DNA from: Pseudomonadota bacterium
Lineage (GTDB): Bacteria; Pseudomonadota; Alphaproteobacteria; UBA2136; JASBTF01
Assembly (NCBI GenBank): GCA_030148545.1
Contig: JASBTF010000003.1
Location: 250 to 64,249 of the forward strand
Length of the DNA stretch: 64,000 bases
Direction: 5' to 3'
Shown here piece after piece: positions 7,212 through 15,577 of this stretch. Under the pieces are notes generated by a model, which worked only from the letters and a program-made list of their open reading frames with translations, did no database searches and was not told where the DNA came from. The position numbers were made by a program, and so were the translations under genes. The first letter of the stretch is position 1; each line of letters starts with the position of its first letter.

Positions 7212-8897
7212 TTATTTGTCGCGGTCGCCATCAATAGAGCGTAGCGTGGTTTTTGTTTTTGGCTTTTTAGCTGCTTTTTCCTGCACTACGGTGCCACTAA
7301 CGCCGTCTTTCTGGTCACCTAAAATAACACCAAACAGGAAGGATTCTTCAGCCCAGTATTCCAATGCTACCTTTAGCTCAGGCGCATATTTTTGTGCATG
7401 GGTAAGAATTTGTTTGCTTTCTACAGTTAGGTTGCGGCCTTCACCACGGGCTTGCATCACAGCTTCAATAGCGGTGCGGTTGGCAGTGGCGCCAGCAGCA
7501 CTACCCCATGGGTGGCCCATAACACTACCACCACATTGAATAATTAGGTCTGGCCCTAAAGCATCTACCAAACGTGGGAAGTGCCATGGGTTATGCCCAC
7601 CACCCACAGCGGGGAGGCTAGTTGCATGGTTAGCAAAGGACTGGGCATAGCGTAGGCCTGTTTCCATCTCTACTTCAATGTGTTGCTGCGTAAGTGCAGA
7701 GGTAACCCCACGTACAGCACGGCGGCCACTTGTGCCACCACGTAGCGGACTTGCGGTACTCACAACATCGGCACCGGCAAGGCGCAATAGTTTAGCTTGC
7801 ACTTGCTCGGTTAAAATATCGCCACTCAAGGTACGGCTACCCATGGCACAGAGAATCATATCGTTTTGGCGGCACCATGTAGCTAGCGATTGCAATGCAA
7901 TCCACCCAATTACACTGCTATCCACCAAAATCATGTTGAGACCGAGCTGTTTCACCAACTCAGCGCGTTGTAGCATGCCTTCTATTGTTGGGGCTGTTAC
8001 GTTGGCAGCATGGCATTTAAACTCGTTTGTGTCGGCTTGGGCACTGTGCACGGCATCGGCCAAGTATTGGAAACGTTCGCGCCATTGGTTGCTAGGAATA
8101 CTGTGCAGCAACGTTGGGTCGGCCGTAATATCTACACCGCCTTTTAATGTTTCAAAAGCAGCACGGCCGTACATGCGTGGGGATAGGCCCATCATAGGGC
8201 GCATGGTTACGCTGAGTAGAGGGCGGCCAAACTTGCCTGTAAAATCGCGCAGGCCATTGCTGCCAAAAGCAGGGCCTGGGAAGGTGCGCAGAAGTAAATC
8301 TGGAATACGAATATCTACCAGCTTAGCATCGGTACTGGTGGCGGCAGAGCCGAGCACGGCGAGTAAGCCAACAAGTGAACCATCTTCTACCATGCCATGT
8401 GGGAAGGCGAGGTCTACCTCTACACGGCGGTTACCTGTTTGGCGGCTATCTACCGCAATGGGGCGTGGTGTTTTGGCTTTATCTACAAATTGTTCGGTCC
8501 ATGCTTCAATCCAAGCACCGTGAGCGGCGTTTTTCAGCAGTTGCGCTGCTTCGGCAGGGCTGCGGTCGGTGTCGGGAAGTACGTAGGTGGCAAGCACATC
8601 GGTTAGGTCGCTGTTGCTTTGTGTCGCTTGGCTTTCGGTTTCCTTAGTGCTGGTGGTTACAGCAGCTGGGCCATTGGTGGTTAGGCCTGTTAGTGCATCT
8701 AGGCTGATTTCCAGTACTTGGGCAATTTTCACCATATTACTAATGGATGGGTTTACTTGCCCAGAGAGAATACGGCTGAGAGTGGCAAGGGATACGCCTG
8801 ATTTTTCAGCAAGTTCTGCTGCGGTCATGTCCTGCTGTTGCAGCGCTGTTTTAAGGGTATTGCCAAGTTGTTGGGATTCGTTAGTGGGCGTACTCAC
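7212..8897 (-). CDS. XRE-family HTH domain fused to a catalytically degenerate Form I-like RuBisCO large subunit
   Basis: N-terminal MTAAELAEKSGVSLATLSRILSGQVNPSISNMVKIAQVLEISLDAL (Cro/C1 HTH), then an S/T-rich linker, then RbcL landmarks TFPGP, KFGRPLL, LKGGVD, WRERF, NVTA, WCRQNDMIL, GHPWG.AAGATANR.A.EA, ARGEGRNL and PEL. KDDE is replaced by ADPT. Confidence 0.9.
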   Translation of the reverse strand: MSTPTNESQQLGNTLKTALQQQDMTAAELAEKSGVSLATLSRILSGQVNPSISNMVKIAQVLEISLDALTGLTTNGPAAVTTSTKETESQATQSNSDLTDVLATYVLPDTDRSPAEAAQLLKNAAHGAWIEAWTEQFVDKAKTPRPIAVDSRQTGNRRVEVDLAFPHGMVEDGSLVGLLAVLGSAATSTDAKLVDIRIPDLLLRTFPGPAFGSNGLRDFTGKFGRPLLSVTMRPMMGLSPRMYGRAAFETLKGGVDITADPTLLHSIPSNQWRERFQYLADAVHSAQADTNEFKCHAANVTAPTIEGMLQRAELVKQLGLNMILVDSSVIGWIALQSLATWCRQNDMILCAMGSRTLSGDILTEQVQAKLLRLAGADVVSTASPLRGGTSGRRAVRGVTSALTQQHIEVEMETGLRYAQSFANHATSLPAVGGGHNPWHFPRLVDALGPDLIIQCGGSVMGHPWGSAAGATANRTAIEAVMQARGEGRNLTVESKQILTHAQKYAPELKVALEYWAEESFLFGVILGDQKDGVSGTVVQEKAAKKPKTKTTLRSIDGDRDK

Positions 8898-8921
8898 GGG
8901 ATAGCTAACCTTATACTTATT

Positions 8922-8964
8922 TTTCAGATATGATATTCATAGCGAATATCTTCCATATCTGCAA
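8922..8964 (-). promoter_or_regulatory. Predicted sigma70 promoter overlapped by two inverted operator-like pseudo-palindromes
   Basis: Minus strand reads TTGCAG-N17-TATGAA. Boxes are TTTCAGATATGATA (8922-8935, +) and TTGCAGATATGGAA (8951-8964, -). Confidence 0.6.
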
Positions 8965-9089
8965 GTGATACGTAAGAAATTAATGCGCTGGTAAAATGAA
9001 TTTAATAGCATAGCTAAGGGCGGTGACACTTAAAATACCACCGCACCATAGTGCTGCAAACCACAACCATTGTTTGGTGTGCTTACTCA

Positions 9090-10115
9090 TTAATACATAC
9101 TTTCTTCGGAGCTTTTGCCACGGAAAATCCAGTAGCAGTAAGCTGTATAAGCCAGAATAATTGGCAACATAAGTAGCGCACCAACTAACAATAGTGAGAG
9201 TGACGTACTAGCGGCAGCAGCATCCCACAGGGTGTACTCAAATGGAACAATCCATGGCCACAGGCTAATGCCTAAGCCAATATAGCCAAGTAGGAAGAGT
9301 ACCATGGCAAGTATAAAGGGGCGAATTTCTATATCGCGGTTTAAATCCTTCCACAGCCAAATACACACACCAAGGGTGAGCAATGGCACAGGCAACAATA
9401 GGAAGAAGTTTGGTAGGCTGAACCATAGCTCTGCAATGCGGGTATCAATAAATGGCATGCTGAGGCTAACAACACCCATGAACACCACAACAAATAGCAA
9501 GATATAGCGCGCAGCTTGGCGTGCCCAGCTTTGGAGCTTACCGTCGGATTTCATAACAATCCACGTTGCGCCAAGTAGAGCATAACCAAAGATAACAGCA
9601 ATACCAGTAAGCAATGCAAAGCCGTTAGCCCAGTCCAGCGGGCCGCCACCGTATTCACCATTAGCAACTTCTACACCTTGTACAAAGTTACCCAAGATAA
9701 TGCCTTGCATGAGGGCCGCAAACAGGGAGCCAAAGTGGAAGGTAGCATCCCAAAATGCGCGAGATTTTGCAGTATCGGACTTGAAGCGGAATTCAAACGC
9801 TACGCCACGGCAAATAAGCCCAAGTAGCATGAGAATAACGGGTAGGTACAGTGCGGGTAGCAATATGGCATAAGCTTTGGGGAAGGCAACAAAAAGTCCG
9901 CCACCACCAAGTACAAGCCATGTTTCATTAGCATCCCAAAAGGGTGCAATGGCATTCATCATACGGGCGCGTTCTTTATGGTCTCCAGCGAAGGGGAATA
10001 GAATACCCACACCCAGGTCAAAGCCGTCGAGCCATACATACATAAATACAGCTACTGCTACTAATACGCCCCAAATTAAAGGGAGGTCTAGCCATGTTCC
10101 AAAATCAAACATCAT
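9090..10115 (-). CDS. cydB: Cytochrome bd ubiquinol oxidase subunit II (CIO-like)
   Basis: Motifs LDGFDLGVG, PFWDANETWL and RGVAFEFR. Confidence 0.96.
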   Translation of the reverse strand: MMFDFGTWLDLPLIWGVLVAVAVFMYVWLDGFDLGVGILFPFAGDHKERARMMNAIAPFWDANETWLVLGGGGLFVAFPKAYAILLPALYLPVILMLLGLICRGVAFEFRFKSDTAKSRAFWDATFHFGSLFAALMQGIILGNFVQGVEVANGEYGGGPLDWANGFALLTGIAVIFGYALLGATWIVMKSDGKLQSWARQAARYILLFVVVFMGVVSLSMPFIDTRIAELWFSLPNFFLLLPVPLLTLGVCIWLWKDLNRDIEIRPFILAMVLFLLGYIGLGISLWPWIVPFEYTLWDAAAASTSLSLLLVGALLMLPIILAYTAYCYWIFRGKSSEESMY

Positions 10116-10117
10116 GG

Positions 10118-11515
10118 TTATGCATCTCCTTTGGTGAGTGTACTTGTCACGGCAGATTCTCGCCCTGGCTTATGTAAACGCTGAGGTTTCTTATTCACCG
10201 CTGGGCCTTTATGTACCAGCTTAATGATGTAGAACAGCCCGGCGCCAAACAGCAAGCTATACACAATAATAAAAGCCAGTAAGGAGATAGCCACTTGCTC
10301 AGGGATAACGGGAGATACACCATCGCTTGTGCGCATCATGCCGTAAACAAGGTAAGGCTGGCGGCCAACTTCGGTTACAAACCATCCGGCAAGTAAGGCC
10401 ACAAAGCCGCTTGGGCTCATCAACAATACCCAACGGTGGAATAGGCGGTTTTCAAATAGTTGCTTACGGAAGTAAAGTACCGCACCAATAAGCCCTGTGA
10501 GGATCATTAATAGGCCTAAACCGACCATAATCCGGAAAGAATAGAAAGTAATAGCAACCGGTGGGTGCTCTTCCTCTGGCCAGTTTTTAATACCTTTTAC
10601 TTCACCATCCCAGTGATGGGTTAGCACGTAACTCGCCAGTTTAGGTATAGCTATTTCATAGTGGTTGGCTTGGTTTTCTTGGTCTGGTACTGCAAATAAG
10701 CGCAGGGCTGCACCTTGTTCATTTTCCCAAATACCTTCCATAGCTGCTACTTTGAGCGGTTGGTGCTCAAGTGTGTTGAGGCCGTGCATATCACCTACAA
10801 CCATTTGAGCTGGTGCAGCAATAGCGGCCATAATAGTTGCCATACCCAGCATGATTTTAGCGTGTTCTTTGTATTTTTTGCGTAGTAGGTACAATGCACC
10901 AACGCCACCAACCACAAATGCAGTGGTGAGGTAGGCGGCTAAAATCATGTGTATGAGGCGGTAAGGAAAGGATGGGTTGAAGATAATAGCAAGCCAGTCA
11001 GTTGGGTATAATAGGCCATCGGCACCTACTTCAAACCCTGCTGGTGTTTGCATCCAGCTATTTGCAGCCAAAATCCAAAATGCTGAAATAAGTGTACCAA
11101 CAGCTACAATAACGGTAGAGGCAAAGTGCATCCGCTTGCTCACACGTCCCCAGCCAAACAGCATAATACCTAAGAATGAGGCTTCAAGGAAGAACGCCGT
11201 AAGCACCTCGTAACCTAAAAGAGGGCCAATAACGTTGGCAACATGCTCGGAGAAAAAGGACCAGTTGGTACCAAATTGATAGGCCATAACCACGCCAGAA
11301 ACCACACCAAGTCCAAAGGATACGGCGAAGATTTTAATCCACTGGCGGTAAACTTGCTCATAAACTGGGTTGCCAGTTTTTAGCCAACGCCATTCTACAA
11401 CAGCCAGCCAGCTGGCAAGGCCAATGCTCAACGCAGGGAAAATAATGTGGAAAGAAATGGTAAAGGCGAATTGGATGCGGGCTAAGAGCACGCCGTCTAG
11501 TTCAAATGGGAGCAT
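10118..11515 (-). CDS. cydA: Cytochrome bd ubiquinol oxidase subunit I (short Q-loop)
   Basis: Motifs ARIQFAFTISFHIIFP, QFGTNW, FFLEA, ANSWMQTP, QPLKVAAME and EVGRQPY. Confidence 0.97.
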   Translation of the reverse strand: MLPFELDGVLLARIQFAFTISFHIIFPALSIGLASWLAVVEWRWLKTGNPVYEQVYRQWIKIFAVSFGLGVVSGVVMAYQFGTNWSFFSEHVANVIGPLLGYEVLTAFFLEASFLGIMLFGWGRVSKRMHFASTVIVAVGTLISAFWILAANSWMQTPAGFEVGADGLLYPTDWLAIIFNPSFPYRLIHMILAAYLTTAFVVGGVGALYLLRKKYKEHAKIMLGMATIMAAIAAPAQMVVGDMHGLNTLEHQPLKVAAMEGIWENEQGAALRLFAVPDQENQANHYEIAIPKLASYVLTHHWDGEVKGIKNWPEEEHPPVAITFYSFRIMVGLGLLMILTGLIGAVLYFRKQLFENRLFHRWVLLMSPSGFVALLAGWFVTEVGRQPYLVYGMMRTSDGVSPVIPEQVAISLLAFIIVYSLLFGAGLFYIIKLVHKGPAVNKKPQRLHKPGRESAVTSTLTKGDA

Positions 11516-11557
11516 TTTAGTACCCTATAAGCTATTGTTTATAAACAGAAAATAGGC

Positions 11558-12835
11558 TTATAGGTTTAATTGTGCAACTAGTTTTTTAAAGTGATTTCCA
11601 CGTTCTTCAAAATTATTATACTGGCCAAAGCTGGGGCAACCGGGAGAGAGTAGTACCACTTCCGCATCATCAGTTACGGTGTGTTGAATAGCTTGTTGTA
11701 AATCTTCACACGCCGTTGCGGGGAGTTGTTGGTCTGACACTTCTTGTGCTAAGCGGCTACCATTGTGCGGTAGTGTGTAAACATGAGTTTGGCCGTGCTC
11801 ACGTAGCGCTTGGTATAAGGTGTCAAAATTTTGTTCTAGCTCTTGCCCACCACAAATCAGCGCAAGCTTTTTACCGTTAAAGGCGCGAACCCCCGCAGCA
11901 GATGCCTCGGGCGTGGTGGCAATGCTATCGTTATAGAATTCCGTGGTGCTTGCGTGTGGTACGCGCTCTAGGCGGTGTGCTAGTGGTTGGTAGCTTGCTG
12001 TGTGTTGCAAGGCATCTTTAGCATTTAGGCCAATAGCATCAATAATGGTGAGCGCAGCTGCCAAGTTATGTAGCTGGTGTTCGCCGGGGAGAGGAAAATC
12101 TACGTCAAACGCTTGCTCAGAAAGGCGTAGCTGGCCACTTTGAACATGCCAGCCATTGGTTTGGTTAAACCACTGTGTATTGCCGCGGTTAGTAAAGTTG
12201 CTGGTAAAGTATTCATCCTGAGCGTTAAGCACTCCTAATGGCGCAGGTTGTAGGTTTAGCGGTGCAAATTTCTCCTGTCCATAAGCTTCAAAAGTGCTGT
12301 GCCATTTAATGTGAGCATCAGCGTGGGTAAGGTTAAGCCCGCAGAACACTGTAGGGGCATGGGTCATATCCGCTGCCATGTAGGATGATACTTCAATAAC
12401 TGTCCAGTCTTTGCCGGGTGTGGTAGCGAGCAGTGGTTGGCCAATGTTGCCGGCAATAGCTACACCTTGCCCAAGTTTTTGTAGCAAATGTGCTAGCAAG
12501 CTGGTGGTGGTACTTTTGCCTTTGGTGCCAGTAATGGCAATGGTTTTGGCGTTAGGGTGTTGTTCCATCCACAGGTTTAAGCTGGTGGTGATAGGCGTGC
12601 CAAGTTCACGTGCACGTTTTAGCGTTACATTATGGGTGGAAACACCAGGGCTTTTAATAATCAGGTCAAATTCTTTACGTTCAATAGCTTCTGCTGCTTG
12701 TTCTTCACTTAGCTGTTCTGCTGTTGGAGCTTTATCAATCACAGTAATTTGTGCACCAGCATAGTGTTGCTGCGCCCATGTTAGTGTGGCACTTCCTTCC
12801 TTACCTAGGCCCCAAATAGCAATGTGTTGTGTCAT
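11558..12835 (-). CDS. murD: UDP-MurNAc-L-Ala--glutamate ligase (MurD/MurD2-like)
   Basis: Motifs WGLGKEG, KSPG, GTKGKSTT, GNIG, EVSSY, HRLE, NDSIATTP and LLSPGCPSFGQYNNFEERG. Confidence 0.9.
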   Translation of the reverse strand: MTQHIAIWGLGKEGSATLTWAQQHYAGAQITVIDKAPTAEQLSEEQAAEAIERKEFDLIIKSPGVSTHNVTLKRARELGTPITTSLNLWMEQHPNAKTIAITGTKGKSTTTSLLAHLLQKLGQGVAIAGNIGQPLLATTPGKDWTVIEVSSYMAADMTHAPTVFCGLNLTHADAHIKWHSTFEAYGQEKFAPLNLQPAPLGVLNAQDEYFTSNFTNRGNTQWFNQTNGWHVQSGQLRLSEQAFDVDFPLPGEHQLHNLAAALTIIDAIGLNAKDALQHTASYQPLAHRLERVPHASTTEFYNDSIATTPEASAAGVRAFNGKKLALICGGQELEQNFDTLYQALREHGQTHVYTLPHNGSRLAQEVSDQQLPATACEDLQQAIQHTVTDDAEVVLLSPGCPSFGQYNNFEERGNHFKKLVAQLNL

Positions 12836-12881
12836 ACGCGTCAGCATAGCGTTAAAGCGTGGAGCATGCTATAGCTGGGGC

Positions 12882-14243
12882 ATGAAAAAAATTCACTTCA
12901 TGGGCATTGGTGGTAGCGGTTGTTCAGCAGTAGCACAGCTGGCGCATGCTCGTGGGTATCAGGTAACGGGGTGCGATGCCTCGGGCAGTAGAGGTTACTT
13001 GCCAGCAGACAGCACTATTGTTATTGCGGCAGAACATAATGTTGATCATGTAGCCGAGCAGGATGCGGTGATTATTTCTCCAGCTTTATTAACAGCTAAC
13101 CCTAAGCCTGAAGAACTGGCAGAGGCGGAGGTACAAGGCATTGCACAAACGTGGCAGCAGTTTTTGGGTGAACAGATCTATACTGGTGACAAGCGTTTGG
13201 CGGTCGCTGGCAGCCACGGTAAAAGCACCACAACTGGCTTGTTAGGGCTGTTGTTAGAAGCAGCAGAGCTAGACCCAACGGTAGTATTAGGTGCCAAAGT
13301 ACCAGCATGGCAAACCAATGTCCGTATTGGTGGTAATGCGGTGCAGCTGGTGGAAGCGGATGAATATAACCGTAACTTTATGCACTATACGCCGCATTTG
13401 GTGGGGTTAAACAATGTGGATTATGAACACCCAGAGTTTTTTGAAAGTGCCGAGGTGTATGAACAGGCATTTATTGCGTTTTTAAAACGTATTCCTGCTA
13501 ATGGCACTTTGGTATTTAATGCGACAGATAAAGGTGCCCAAGAGGCTGTGAGTCGCCTAAATCGGCAAGATATTGATGTAATTACTTTAGGAACTTCACA
13601 AAGCGAGTGGCAGTTATTAGCACGTGAGCCACAGGCTGATGGCCAAGTGCTAACAGTGCAAACACCAGTGGGTAAGGTGCGCTACCAACAAGCATTACTG
13701 GGTGAGCATAATGCTATGAATGCATTGTTAGCTATTGCATTAGCACATTATGCTGGGGCGAATATTCGGAGTGAAGCTGTTCATAAAACCATGCGTAACT
13801 ATGGTGGTGTGGGTCGGCGTTTGCAGCAAGTGGCGCAGCATAATGGTGTAACCTTGTACGATGATTATGGCCACCACCCTACCGAAATTGGCGTAACACT
13901 ACGCAGCTTGGCTGAGCACTACCCAAATGAACAGCTGGTAGCTGTGGTCGAGCCACACCAAGTGAGCCGTTTGCAAAAGTTTTACGATGATTGGGTAACT
14001 GCGCTGCAGCCTGCAACGCGTGTGTTTATCACCAAGGTGTTTGAGGGGCGGGAAGGTCACTTAGAAGTGCCTGATTTGCTGCCGCTATGTAGCCAATTGG
14101 GCGAAGGTAAGGCCGCCGTGCATCACTCGTTTGAGGAAACCAGTCGTGAAGTATTGGCTAACTTACAAGCGCCGGCACGGGTGGTGGTGTTTGGTGCTGG
14201 GCAAAGTGTTCAGCTAACTGAAATGATCAAAAAGTCTATTTAA
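12882..14243 (+). CDS. murC: UDP-N-acetylmuramate--L-alanine ligase
   Basis: Motifs HFMGIGGSG, AGSHGKSTTT, EADE, GVGRR and DDYGHHPTE; ATG at 12882. Confidence 0.9.
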   Translation: MKKIHFMGIGGSGCSAVAQLAHARGYQVTGCDASGSRGYLPADSTIVIAAEHNVDHVAEQDAVIISPALLTANPKPEELAEAEVQGIAQTWQQFLGEQIYTGDKRLAVAGSHGKSTTTGLLGLLLEAAELDPTVVLGAKVPAWQTNVRIGGNAVQLVEADEYNRNFMHYTPHLVGLNNVDYEHPEFFESAEVYEQAFIAFLKRIPANGTLVFNATDKGAQEAVSRLNRQDIDVITLGTSQSEWQLLAREPQADGQVLTVQTPVGKVRYQQALLGEHNAMNALLAIALAHYAGANIRSEAVHKTMRNYGGVGRRLQQVAQHNGVTLYDDYGHHPTEIGVTLRSLAEHYPNEQLVAVVEPHQVSRLQKFYDDWVTALQPATRVFITKVFEGREGHLEVPDLLPLCSQLGEGKAAVHHSFEETSREVLANLQAPARVVVFGAGQSVQLTEMIKKSI

Positions 14244-15552
14244 GGCTTTCAACTAAATCAGCCTTAGCAATTTCTTGCTGTTCGCCTGTGTGTAGGTTTT
14301 TGAGCTGTACATTGCCCGCAGCAAGTTCATCCGCATTGGCGAATATGATGTACTGAAAACCTTTTTTATCGGCGTATTTTAGCTGTTTGGGGAGCTTTTT
14401 AGGCTCCAAGAACATCTCGGTAGCAATGCCTGCTTCGCGTAGTATGGTGGCAAGTTCAAAGTAGGCGGGCAGGGCTTCGCGCTCTTGCACCGTTACCAAT
14501 ACTTTGGCCATGGTTGCGCCGTGAAGCGGTACCTTATCAGCTTCTAACAGTGGCAGCAGTAGGCGGCTAATACCAATGGAAATACCCACACCTGGTAATG
14601 GTTTGTTGGTGAATTTTTCGGCCAAATTATCGTAACGGCCACCGCTACACACGCTACCTAGTTCTGGGTAGTCGTGCAGCACAGTTTCGTAAATAGTGCC
14701 GGTGTAATAACCAAGGCCGCGGGCAATAGCAGGGTCTACCTTAAAAGCATCATCTGGCACACCAAGGGTGTATAGGGCGCCAACAACGGCCTGCAGCTCA
14801 GCCACACCTTGCTTAAATACGTCGTTTTCAGCAATTTTCTCCAGCTCTGTTAGCCAAGCTTGGTTGTCATGGCTTTGAGCGAAGAAATTGAGGGTATGGT
14901 CAGCATTATCAGCAGACATTAGCGTGCTGAGCTGTGCTAAAACCTTTTCGCGTGGCATTTTTTCCAAGTCGTCAATCACGCGCATGGCAGCGGCAATATT
15001 TTCTGTACCTTCCACGCCTTGTTGCGCCATAAAACCTTGCAAAACTTTGCGGTTGTTAAGGCGAATGGTGAACTTACCCAGCTCTAGCTTGGTGAAAATT
15101 TGGTAGATAATCGCCGGTAGTTCAGCATCATGGTACAGGTCCAGTGTGCCATCACCAATAACGTCAATATCGGCTTGGTAAAACTGGCGGTAGCGGCCTT
15201 TTTGTGGGCGTTCACCACGCCACACTGGGCCAATGTGGTAGCGGCGGAAAGGGAAGTTAAGCTGCCCGTAATGCTGTGCTACATAACGTGCCAATGGCAC
15301 GGTTAGGTCAAAACGTAGTGCTAGTTCTTTCGCACCTTCATCTTCAGCCTGAATACGACGTAGGCCGTAGATTTCTTTTTCTTCAGCACCTTTAGCCAGC
15401 AGTGTATCAACACGTTCCACTGCTGGCGTATCCAGCGGGATAAAACCAAAGCTTTGGTAGGTGGAGCTAATAATATTCAGCGCGTGGTTAAACGCAACTT
15501 GCTCAGCTGGCAATAGCTCAGGAAAACCGGATATAGGCGCAATTTTAGACAT
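14236..15552 (-). CDS. hisS: Histidine--tRNA ligase
   Basis: Motifs LRFDLTVPLARY, WRGERPQKGRYRQFYQAD, RGLGYYTG and SGGRYDNL. Confidence 0.97.
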   Translation of the reverse strand: MSKIAPISGFPELLPAEQVAFNHALNIISSTYQSFGFIPLDTPAVERVDTLLAKGAEEKEIYGLRRIQAEDEGAKELALRFDLTVPLARYVAQHYGQLNFPFRRYHIGPVWRGERPQKGRYRQFYQADIDVIGDGTLDLYHDAELPAIIYQIFTKLELGKFTIRLNNRKVLQGFMAQQGVEGTENIAAAMRVIDDLEKMPREKVLAQLSTLMSADNADHTLNFFAQSHDNQAWLTELEKIAENDVFKQGVAELQAVVGALYTLGVPDDAFKVDPAIARGLGYYTGTIYETVLHDYPELGSVCSGGRYDNLAEKFTNKPLPGVGISIGISRLLLPLLEADKVPLHGATMAKVLVTVQEREALPAYFELATILREAGIATEMFLEPKKLPKQLKYADKKGFQYIIFANADELAAGNVQLKNLHTGEQQEIAKADLVESLK

Positions 15553-15577
15553 AGTGATGTTATAAACCGCAGAGAGG

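Noticed and set aside
7678-8523. 281-aa plus-strand ORF inside the RbcL-like gene
   Set aside because: Antisense shadow with no recognisable motifs.
6875-8897. Functional Calvin-cycle cbbLS operon (autotrophy)
   Set aside because: The K201/D203/E204, K175/K177, H294 and K334 equivalents are substituted, and no prk, activase or cbbR is in the window.
7212-8897. Ordinary Form IV RuBisCO-like protein, or a simple pseudogene
   Set aside because: It has Form I-specific C-terminal motifs and a linked small subunit, and it lacks the metal site that RLPs usually keep. The frame is intact, with losses concentrated at active-site residues.
9090-11515. cydAB as part of the pseudo-RuBisCO system
   Set aside because: Same strand and adjacent, but separated by about 190 nt containing a separate predicted promoter, and I saw no operator-like box before cydA. 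Adjacency alone is weak evidence in such a shuffled genome.
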